64,000 nt of DNA from Podarcis muralis (lineage: Eukaryota). Under the pieces are notes generated by a model that did not search any database, was not told the origin of the DNA, and saw only the letters and a program-made list of their open reading frames with translations. The stretch spans positions 14,570,001-14,634,000 of the forward strand of contig NC_135667.1 of NCBI RefSeq assembly GCF_964188315.1, in the 5' to 3' direction. Made by a program: the position numbers and the translations under genes. Each line of letters opens with the position of its first letter. Within the stretch, counting starts at the first letter, position 1. Below, piece after piece: positions 11,713 to 21,500 of the stretch.

Positions 11713-14700
11713 TTAGTATATTGCCCTTCATTCATCCAAATATCACAAAGTGGTTCACAACATATTATTAGGGTGGTCTGGAAAGGGGAAAGAGCCATGT
11801 ATGCCACCTTGAGCTCTTTGAGGGAAGGAATGGATACAAATGTGAAAAACAAACTTAAAAGCGGGGTGCCGTCGTGTACCTGATTGTGGGAACACAGCCA
11901 GTTCCGATACATTACCAAACGGTGAGCTGAAACACATTTTATTGTATTGTATTTTACTTTACTATTTATTTATATTTTTATTGCATTTATATCCCACTTT
12001 TCTTCCAAAGAGCTTAGGGTGGTGTACGTTTTTACCCCTCTCCCCACCCACACCCCAGCTCTTCATTTTATCATTGCAAGAACTCTGTGAGGTTGGTTAG
12101 GCTGAAAGACTGTCTCTAGACTTTTTGCCCAAGTGTGAATTTGAAGCCTGGTCTCCCACGTCTCACACGCTGCACCTCCCTGCTTCTATTTTTCACACCT
12201 CCCTTTCCAAACCTAAGTATTATGAGCACCTTTTCCCCCTCCCTTCAGGGAGGTGGTGTTGCAATTGAAGACTAAGAAGCCTGCCAAGACAACCTCTTTC
12301 CAGTTGAGAAATCCTATGGTGGCCCTTGATTGCCACCTGGTGGTGCAACTTTAATTTTTTAAAAAAATCGGGAACCATGGAAAGCTCTTTGAAGACCTGA
12401 GCACCTCTTAGGTTTAGATAAAGTCCCTAGGTAAATGAATAGAAGAGCAATAAACAACACCTGGTTTTATAAAACACACATGTGCAGAAACTGCACCATA
12501 AATGGAATACGTAGTTTCCAATACTATTTGCCCTGGGATATGAGAAATAACATGTTCAAAGACTCACTGGGTTTGCAAAGTTAATTGTGCAGCTTGCTAA
12601 ATTGTAGCAGGAGAGCAATAGGTGGGGTGAAGAGTATTTTCATCTACTGAGCTCCAGGCAAAAGAGGGGGGAAAGAGAACATTGATGCAACAGTTGCCCT
12701 TCAATACTGGAATTTGCTATTTTGTATACAATTCATTTTTTGTGGTTTTTAATTATTTTATTTGTGCATTTTTGAGATTTATTGTTGCTTATGTTACTTA
12801 AAATGTGGCTTTTAAAGTATCAGCAGTTGCAGCAATGTGGCACTTGCACTTTTTATACTGATTTTTTTGGGGGGGGGGTCGGATATGTAAATCACTTTAA
12901 GATCTCTGTTGAAATAAAAAGTTGTAAGCAACATAAATATGCAAGCAAGCAGACCTGGGCCCCATCTGCACTATACATATAAAGCGCTATCAGGAATTCC
13001 CTGGAAGTGTATTTGATTGTTAAACCCAGGGCTTGGTCCCCATGAGGTGAGATGAGGCAGCTGTCTTAGACTGTGGAAGCTCAAGAGAAGGCCCCCCACC
13101 CCACAGGGGTCCCACCAACCCAGCCACCTCTTCTGCCAATCTTGCCAGAATATTGTCAGATCTTGCTGAAATTGCATGAGAACCCACCGAAATCTCACAA
13201 GATCTTGCCAGACCTTGCCAACCATACAACCCAGGTAAAGGAGGCAGGGCTGTGGTGGTGCAGTGGGTCAGCACATTCCCATTTTGCCTCAGGCAGTGAA
13301 CAGTGGCATGCCCCCNNNNNNNNNNNNNNNNNNNNNNNNNNNNNNNNNNNNNNNNNNNNNNNNNNNNNNNNNNNNNNNNNNNNNNNNNNNNNNNNNNNNN
13401 NNNNNNNNNNNNNNNNNNNNNNNNNNNNNNNNNNNNNNNNNNNNNNNNNNNNNNNNNNNNNNNNNNNNNNNNNNNNNNNNNNNNNNNNNNNNNNNNNNNN
13501 NNNNNNNNNNNNNNGGGAGTCAATCAGATCAACCAAAGGCCTGATTAAAAAGGAACGTATTTGCCTAGTGCCTAAAGGTGTATAATGAAGACGGGGAGAG
13601 GTTTTTACACCCTCATCTGGTCCATCCAGTGAAGCTGAATGTTGAAAGATGCAGATTAGGCAAAAAAAAAAAAAAGTGTTCACATAGTATTTTGATTGAT
13701 TGATTGATTGATTGAATTTATATACCGCCCTATACCCAGGGGTCTCACGGCAATTCACAGAATAAAATCAAGATATAAAACCACAAAATACATAATGAAA
13801 ATAAAAAGAACCCAATAGCCCTTCCCCCCACCCCCACCCCCAGCCACAAACACACACACACACATTTTAAAAGGGCTTAGGATGTAAATTAGATCAACCA
13901 AAGGTCTGGTTAAAAAGGAACGTTTTTGCCTGGTGCCTAAAGGTGTATAATGAAGGCACCAGGCGAACTTCCCTGGGGAGAGCGTTCCACAGACAGGGAG
14001 CCACTGAAGAAAAGGCCCGTTCTCATGTTGCCACCCTCCAGACCTCTTGAGGAAGAGGCACACAAAGGAGGGCCTCAGAAGATGATCTCAGGGTCTGGGT
14101 AGGTTCATATGGAAAGAGGCGGTCCTTGAGGTATTGCAGCACTGAGCCGTTGCATTGCATAGCTGTCAACTTTTCCCTTTTCTTGCGAGGAATCCTTTTC
14201 GGAATAAGGGAATTTCCCTTTAAAAAAAGGGAAATGTTGACAGCTATGGCTCTGTGGCAGCGGGGAATAGGGGTCTCCTAACAACTCTCAGCACCCATAA
14301 TAAACTACACTTCCTAGGATTATTTGAGGAAGGCCTTGATTATTTAAAGGGGTATGATACCACTTGAAATGGACATTGCAGATGGGGCCTTAACTCATGT
14401 CCAACTCTTTCTCTCCTCCCATGGCAGATGTACCCATTTGGGGAGCTCGTCATCTCAGCTGGCTTCTTCCTGGTGTTCCTCATTGAGAGCGTGGTGCTCC
14501 ATTGTTGCCCCAGGGCCGTGCACTCCCACGGCGACCACAGCACCGAAGAGGATCACAAGGACCCGCCGGAATCCCACAGCTCTTTCCGGGCGTTCGTGCT
14601 CTTCCTGTCGCTCTCCTTCCACTCAGTCTTTGAGGGCCTCGCCATCGGCGTCCAAAAGCAGGAGACGGCGGCCATTCAGCTTTGCCTAGCGGTGCTGATC

Positions 14701-15024
14701 CACAAGGCCATTGTGGTCTTCAGCCTGGCTTTGAAGTTGGTGCAGAGCGGCACGCCGGCCCGGTGGAGGTTGCTGTACTTGGTGGTGTTTGCTCTGATGT
14801 CTCCCGCTGGCATCGGCGTGGGCATCGGTGTCTCCCTTTACAACAGTGACGGGACCAGCCTGGCTCAGGCTTTGTTGGAAGGGGTGGCTGCAGGGACCTT
14901 TCTCTACGTCACCTTCCTGGAGATCCTCCCCTACGAGCTGCGCTCGCACGAAAGCCCCCTCACCAAGTTCTTCTTCATTGGACTGGGCTTCTCCATCATG
15001 GCCATCATTGCCATTTGGGCATGA
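7414..15024 (+). CDS. SLC39A2: Zinc transporter ZIP2, complete gene; join(7414-7528,8151-8281,9921-9974,14428-15024), 298 aa
   Basis: The spliced product begins MDQLLEVKIGCLAGLL and ends MAIIAIWA, matching human ZIP2 (MEQLLGIKLGCL...MAFIALWA). It has the ZIP motifs HSVFEG (TM4), HK (TM5) and GTFLYVTFLEIL, a 4-exon layout like human SLC39A2, and GT-AG junctions with phases 1, 0, 0. Confidence 0.92.
8151..8281 (+). CDS. SLC39A2: SLC39A2 coding exon 2
   Basis: Acceptor tcttctag; encodes (G)KHRRILSFIGCFAAGVFLGACIMHMVADALGDIQEELKKRRQQ; donor gtgag. Confidence 0.9.
8982..9183. mobile_element. hAT MITE in SLC39A2 intron 2
   Basis: Ends caggggttcc / gggaaccacga; 8-bp TSD GCTTATGC. Confidence 0.75.
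9301..9518. other. Assembly gap
   Basis: N run. Confidence 1.
9656..9735. repeat. (AGAT)n microsatellite
   Basis: Direct reading. Confidence 0.95.
9921..9974 (+). CDS. SLC39A2: SLC39A2 coding exon 3 (54-nt loop exon)
   Basis: Acceptor ttttcccccag; encodes GASMHKQNGTSEGDDDSE; donor gtatgt. Phase 0/0 and analogous to the short human exon 3 (NRSASERNSSGDADSAH). Confidence 0.8.
10508..10699 (+). mobile_element. L2 3' end with (ATT)n tail
   Basis: Matches the 3' end of 60770-62063 (gaaggcagccctgtttagg...gggcggggtataaataa). Confidence 0.8.
10772..11154 (+). mobile_element. Sauria SINE
   Basis: tRNA-like head (gtggcactgtgg...gttcgaatcc), conserved core, ACCTTT-type tail. Confidence 0.85.
11411..11497. 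mobile_element. Partial mariner/pogo MITE
   Basis: TA followed by cagtagtacctc...; same family as 24347-24572. Confidence 0.65.
12331..12346 (-). promoter_or_regulatory. CTCF-like motif (reverse)
   Basis: The - strand reads GCACCACCAGGTGGCA, a full match to the core. Confidence 0.4.
13316..13514. other. Assembly gap
   Basis: N run. Confidence 1.
13690..14150 (-). mobile_element. L2-like LINE 3' fragment
   Basis: Similar to 23030-23480 and 54440-54712; (TGAT)n tail at the left end. Confidence 0.7.
14158..14248. mobile_element. 91-bp inverted-repeat mini-element
   Basis: Perfect 13-bp TIR catagctgtcaac / gttgacagctatg; no TSD recognised. Confidence 0.55.
14428..15024 (+). CDS. SLC39A2: SLC39A2 coding exon 4 (TM3-TM8)
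   Basis: Acceptor cag at 14425-14427; the ORF MYPFGELVISAGFF...MAIIAIWA* matches the ZIP family. Confidence 0.95.
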   Translation: MYPFGELVISAGFFLVFLIESVVLHCCPRAVHSHGDHSTEEDHKDPPESHSSFRAFVLFLSLSFHSVFEGLAIGVQKQETAAIQLCLAVLIHKAIVVFSLALKLVQSGTPARWRLLYLVVFALMSPAGIGVGIGVSLYNSDGTSLAQALLEGVAAGTFLYVTFLEILPYELRSHESPLTKFFFIGLGFSIMAIIAIWA

Positions 15025-15585
15025 AAGAGTGGCTCTTCTATGTTCTCCATGAAAGCCCATCACAACGGCACTCATAGACTCCTCTCTTTCCAGAACCTCC
15101 TCTTATCAGCCATGAGGGCTGTCACCTCGGGTGGTGCTATATATACACATATGTACTAAGTGAAGGGAAATAACCAGCAGCCCACATGGATGAAAATGCA
15201 AGATATGTGAAGCAATGGAGCCTGAGTGACAAATATATCATTTTTAGCTTTACTCCCTGAACTAATGGAAACCCACAACCATCAGCACAATATCCTAGCA
15301 GCAGTGATAATTAACACAGCCAACAGACCTAGCACAAGCAATGGCATCGCTTCTTTCAACCGTCGTGAAAGACTAAATGCACAGTATTTAGGTCTACCTG
15401 CAAGGAACTCCGGAACAAGTAGGATATTGGCTAAGGGGTAAATGGGGCATCTTAAAAGAGGCTGTTGGGTTTTGTGTATGTGGATGGAAATATACACTGA
15501 GTTGTTTTGCTTTGCTTTGCTTTGTTTTGTTTTGTTTTGTTACCCTTTTGTCTGTCTTTGGGGAAGGTATGTGTGCAAAGGATGT

Positions 15586-15740
15586 NNNNNNNNNNNNNNN
15601 NNNNNNNNNNNNNNNNNNNNNNNNNNNNNNNNNNNNNNNNNNNNNNNNNNNNNNNNNNNNNNNNNNNNNNNNNNNNNNNNNNNNNNNNNNNNNNNNNNNN
15701 NNNNNNNNNNNNNNNNNNNNNNNNNNNNNNNNNNNNNNNN
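15586..15740. other. Assembly gap
   Basis: N run. Confidence 1.
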
Positions 15741-17270
15741 AGATATATGTTTTGTGGATGTGGATGGAAATATACACTCAGTGTTTGTGTTGTGTTGTGT
15801 TGTGTTGTGTTGTGTTGTGTTACCCTTTTGCCTGTCTTTGGGGAAGGTATGTGTGCAACGGATGCTCCTACATGTGTGAGGAAGAGTGTGTGTGAGAGGG
15901 GGGGAGTATCCCATGTGGTGTGTGTGTGTGTGTGTTTGATGGTGTCCTGGCTCTCACTGCTAGATGAAGAACTCAAACTTCCATCTTAGTTTCTACCAAC
16001 GGCTTAAAAGTTTAGATCAGAATGTTATGTAGGTCAGTTTTCGAGTCATAGAAACCAGTGGGTGCATAAGAGGTTAGAAATAATGGCTAAGCACAAGCGA
16101 CATGCCCTCTGTGCTCTACTTTTGAAGGTGCTATCGGTGTGGCAGTTGTCCCAAATCTTGGAACTTGACTTTCAAATGAGCCCTCATCCAAGTGATTATG
16201 CCAGGCATGCTTTTGCTGCTGCTGACAGCACCGCATCCTTTGAGATGGGGGTGGACTCAAGAGTCTGCTTGGCATCCAACTTATTCCCAGCAGGGAATTT
16301 AAACTTGGCTTTAAAGGCTTTAAACTTGGGGTAGCCAATGTTTTGGGGGCAGGGTGCTTTTCTAACAGCCCGACAGCCCCCTACCCCACCTGCCTATGAG
16401 GCTCAGTAAGGCAGTCAGCTGGGAGGGGTACTGCCACCGCTGCACACATACCCCATCCCCTACCGCCTGCTCCTCTCCAGCCTCCTTTTGCTCCCCGTGC
16501 AACCTCCAGGCAGCGGGTGTAGAGGAGGCGATGTGTGTGTGGCCATTTTTAATTTTGACTGGAGTGGCAAAATGTCCTGGGCCAGCTCTGGCCAGGCCCT
16601 TTCACAGAATCCAGATCTCCATCTTCCATCCCGCTGCATCCCTCTTCTGGATCAGACTTCTCTTGGTGTCCTGATTTCAACTGTTCCAGCTTGCTAGGAG
16701 CTTCCATGGGATCATCCAACTCTTCACCAGTTCCTCCTCAGCACCCAACTACCCTCTCCATGTCTCATGACAGACAGGGTATCCCACATCCCACATAGGT
16801 GCCTACCAGTAGAAACAATCAGGCTGGAGGGCATTCATAACAGGGTCGTCTAAATTGTGGCTTTGCAGCTATAGACCTCGATTCCTTCTGAGACTGAAAA
16901 GGCGCCATTTCTCATTACAATTAAGCAGAACTTTACAATTCCAAAAGCACCCCTCTCCGGTTTGTAATAGCTAATATAAACTGGGATTATAAGTGGGGGC
17001 TTTTTGTACTGGGGTCTGGCTGGCTGATAGCTAATTATGTGCTGATATTTAGGCATTAGTATTATTATGGGTACATGTGACAGAGCCTTTAGTGTTATTA
17101 TCCCAAACTTGTGGAAAGCTCTGGTGATGCAGATTCAGCAGGCACCTTCTGTTTCACCCTTTAAATGCCTGCTGAAAACTTTTTATGCCACCAGGCTCTT
17201 GCATTCAATTAAGAAATTATATTTCCATAACGATTAGTTTATCATCTCAGATCATAAATTTGTACATAGT

Positions 17271-17306
17271 TTTATTGGGTTGTTGTAAGCAACTTTGATA
17301 TTTATT
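17271..17306 (-). terminator. Candidate poly(A) signals of V2R-A
   Basis: AATAAA on the - strand at 17306-17301 and 17276-17271, about 250 nt past the stop. Confidence 0.4.
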
Positions 17307-17551
17307 TATGACATAGTGAAATATAAATACTTTTATAAATAAATAAGCACATTTTCAAAAAAAGTGGCTTATAAACAAACTACTAGATGAGTAAACTGAG
17401 TAAAAGCCAAACTGGCTGGAATTTTACATCATTGGAAGCACTTTCCAAACATAAAAGAAGGCATTGCATGTATTTCGATTTTGTTTTAAAAAGACAAAAC
17501 AACCAGAAAAGGGAGTGGGAAATAAGCTACAAAAAGCAAGGAGGAAACCTA

Positions 17552-18462
17552 TCAAATTTCACAGTTCTTTTTTCTCACAAGCTGATCCCTGGTGTTCAGC
17601 TCAGGCCTCAGAACAATGATATAGAATTTGGGGAAGAAGATGCAACCCAGCAACCCAGCGCTAGAAGTCAAGATAGAGAAGATCTCCACAGCCACCATAT
17701 ATTTTCCTTTGGTGCTCAGGTAGGTGGGGACAAAGGACAGCCAAACACTGCAGAAGACCAGCATGCTGAAGGTAATCAGCTTGGCTTCATTGAAAGTATC
17801 AGGCAGCTTCCGGGCCAAGAAAGCCACAGTGAAGCTGATGATGGCCAGGAGCCCCATGTAGCCCAGGACAGTATAAAACATGGCGGCTGATCCTTCATTG
17901 CACTGCACAATGATTTGGGTAGTCTGTGAATGCATGTCAAACTCCGGGAAGGGAGGAGAGGTTGCCAACCACAGTGCACAGATGCCAGTTTGAATAAGAG
18001 TGCAAAGGATGATGACTGACACTGCCAGCCTCTTCCCCACCCATTTCCTCATCCTGTTTCCTGGCTTGGTGGCCATGAAGGCCAGAACCACAGTGATGGT
18101 TTTCGCCAACACACAAGAAACAGCCAGGGAGAAGATGATTCCAAACATGGTTTGACGGAGAAGGCAGGTCACCTTCCCAGGCTCCCCAATGAATAAGAGG
18201 GAGCAGAGAAAGCAAAGCAACAGGGAAGTGAGGAGGGTGCAGGTGATGTTCCAGTTGTTGGCCTTGACGATGGGAGTCTCCTGGTGTTGAATGAAGATCC
18301 ACATCACCACAAGTGTGATTAGAAAAAGGGAAAGTGCAAATGAAGCCAGAATTATTCCCAAGGTCTCTCTATATGATAGAAAACTTATAGTTTTAGCGAT
18401 ACAGCCATCCTGATTTCTATTTGGATGTTGATCCTCAGGGCACGTGTTACAGTGGTCTGCAT
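17552..18462 (-). CDS. V2R-A exon 6 (end of Cys-rich domain plus 7TM)
   Basis: (D)[14 protein letters not shown]...LGIILASF...[17 protein letters not shown]. Confidence 0.93.
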
Positions 18463-18468
18463 CTGAAA

Positions 18469-18527
<59 letters not shown>

Positions 18528-21500
18528 TTTTATTTATACCCCGCCCTCCCCAGCCAAGGCCGGGCTCAGGGCGGCAAACAAGCAATAATTAAAACAAGTT
18601 GAATGAATACAACTTAAAAACAAGATTAAAATACAACATTAAAATATTGAAACATTAAAATATTAAAATGCAGCCTCATCACAGGAGGAGAAAGGAAAAA
18701 GAAAGAGGGGGGGGAATCAAACTGGCTCCAAGCCAAAGGCCAGGTGGAACAACTCTGCCTTACAGGCCCTGCGGAAAGAAATCAGATCCTGCAGGGCCCT
18801 GGTCTCATGAGGCAGAGCGTTCCACCAGGCCGGAGCCAGTGTTGAAAAGGCCCTGGCTCTGGTTGAGGCTAATCTGACTTCCTTAGGGCCTGGGACCACT
18901 AGGGTGTTGCTATTTATGGACCTTGAGGCTCTCCATGAGGCATACCAGGAGAGGCGGTCCCGTAGGTACGAGGGTCCTAGGCCGTGAAGGGCTTAAGATT
19001 ATAAATCTTAATCGTTGAAAATGTGCATGGATCTTCTTCAGCAACAACTGTTTCATGGTGTGGCATGAAATATGGCCTCGGTAACATTTCTCTTGGACAA
19101 GAAGAACAGAAGCCCTTCCCCTTTTTTTATGATAATATGATAAAACAAAGGAATCCCCTTTCTAAGGAATCCCCTTTCTAAGGACTTCTATCTGCAATGG
19201 CCCATTCACACATCAGAGTCATGGGCCTTTGAGAACATTTATTTTACAGACACCTGGATTAGCATTACCCATGTAACTGTGCAGTCTCTACTTACCTGTC
19301 AAGGCTGAAATCATGCCTTCAGAGCACTGAGGACAATCATAACAACAAATCTGTTCCTCCTGCCGTGCCATCTTGCTTTGTCCAGGGTGGCAACTCTCAA
19401 CACATGTGGATTGTGGTGTGATCTAAGAATATCCAGAAAGAAAGAATTTAAAGTATAAACAATTGGTATTGAACTGCCAGCCCACAGGGCTACTGAAGGC
19501 CCAACATGAATGTATAAAGATTGGCCAGTCCATACACCTCCTCATCCCCTCTCCTGGATTTCTGCAGATTCCTCCTGAAATACCTGCATGGAACCAAAAC
19601 AGGTTGGACTTTACACTATCCTGTGTGGAACCAGGGGCAGGCAGGATTTGTTCAGAATCTATTGTTCTGGAGAATATCTGTGTTGCCCACCTGGTTAAAC
19701 TTGTGATTCCACACAACAGCACTTCCATTGATGGTGAACTTCTTTCCTTCAGGAGCCTTTGGATCAAGTCTTCCAACGCGAACTCTGTGTATGGAGAAAT
19801 TGGGGAATGTGACAGTATTGACGATATCATATCCTGTTGCCCAGTCTCCATTTTCATCAAAAAAAAATTCTTCTCCAGCACTGTTGTTAAAACGGATGTG
19901 TTTCAGGAAGGAGTGAAGCTACGTAGATTGGAGAAGAAAAGGACATGAACAGAAGCCAATTGCAGTAACAGTTACTGTGATTTACCTGAAATTTACTTTC
20001 TTGTTTGGGGCTTGTAGACACTTCCACTTATCCCATTCCTTGAAAGTGTGGGTCTGTGTGTTTCCACTTGACCTACACTTCCTGGGCAAGGGACGTGGGT
20101 GGTGCTGTGGTCTAAACCATGGAGCCTCTTGGGCTTGCTGATCAGAAGGTCGGCAGTTCGAATCTGAGTGATGGGGTGAGCTCCTGTCACTCTGTCCCAG
20201 CTCCTACCAACCTAGCAGTTCGAAAGCACACCAGTTCAAGTAGATAAATAGGTACCGCTCTGGCGGGAAGGTAAATGGTGTTTCCATGCGCTCTGGTTTT
20301 TGTCATGGTATTCCTTTGCACCAGAAGCAGTTTAGTCATGCTAGCCACATGGCCTGGAAAGCTGCCTGTGGACAAACACCGGCTCCCTTGGCCTGAAAGC
20401 GAGATGAGCGCTGTGGACCCATAGTCGCTTTTGACTGGACTTAACCATCCTGGGGTCCTTTACCTTTACCTTACACTTCCTAGGCACAGATCTGAGCCAT
20501 TCTCCTCTTGCCTCACTTCTTTCCCAGGGAAAACCCACTTTTTGTTGTGCTCCAGTTGAGTGCAAAGGAAGGGTTTTCCCCCGGGGGAAGCAGCAGAACA
20601 GCAGCGGGACAAGAAGAAGTGTGGAAAATCACTTTGTCACTCTAATATCATACTCAACTAGCTCCTTCTTACTATTGTGTGGGGGATATAGAGTTAATGG
20701 AATAAAATATTTTCTCAATTTTCATGGTTGCCATAACAAGATATGAGACCCATGTTGAATATGCTTCGTTCACAACCTTTATAACCTCCCTGAACTTTGT
20801 CAGTTCCAGATGCCTTGGACTTCAGGCCACATCATTCCTGACCGTTGGTCATTTTGGGGGGGGGGGGAGGAAACTGTAGTCAACAACATTTGGGTAATAC
20901 CAGGTTGGGGAAAGCTAGCAGAGAACATTTCAAAATTCTGTGAAGAAACACAGCATCTTAAATCAATATGGTTCATCAGGGCAAGCTCAGTATTTGTATA
21001 TGTGTTGTTGCTGAATCAAATTCAGTCAACTGCTAAGTAATAAACCTGAATCCAGCATTCATGGTCATATATTAAGTAGAGGTGGGCAAGAATTTCTTAC
21101 CTGCCATGGGTAAACATTTGAGCCATTTCCTGTGGCACCATTGAGTGTTGCCTTCTGCCTAGATCTTGACGAAAACATGGCGTGGAGAGCATGTGCAACA
21201 GCGTAAACTGCATTGTAAATACTGTAGCTCTGACCAGACATTCCCATTTCAAAAACCAATCCAGAGAGGCTCTTCAAGGTTTCTTTTCCAGTACAGTTTT
21301 TTATGTCTTCTGCAACAATGCCCAGTGAGGGAAATGCACACATAAATGAGACAGACCAGAAATGATGGATGTAATAAAGTGTAGATTGATTAGGATGTAC
21401 AGTCTCAAGGAACTCTTCATATTTTGCCATATAATTTGTGTGGCGTGTGAAGGACAAGGTGCCATTGAAGGTTTTTGGTGTGAATGCATACTTAACTGGC

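Noticed and set aside
17937-18302. Alternative-frame ORFs inside exon 6, similar in all paralogs
   Set aside because: A by-product of the high nucleotide identity; lengths and stops differ between copies
19463-19948. Plus-strand ORFs overlapping exon 4 in each V2R (also at 32937, 44018 and 55683)
   Set aside because: Antisense shadows of the conserved exon; no independent splice or start support
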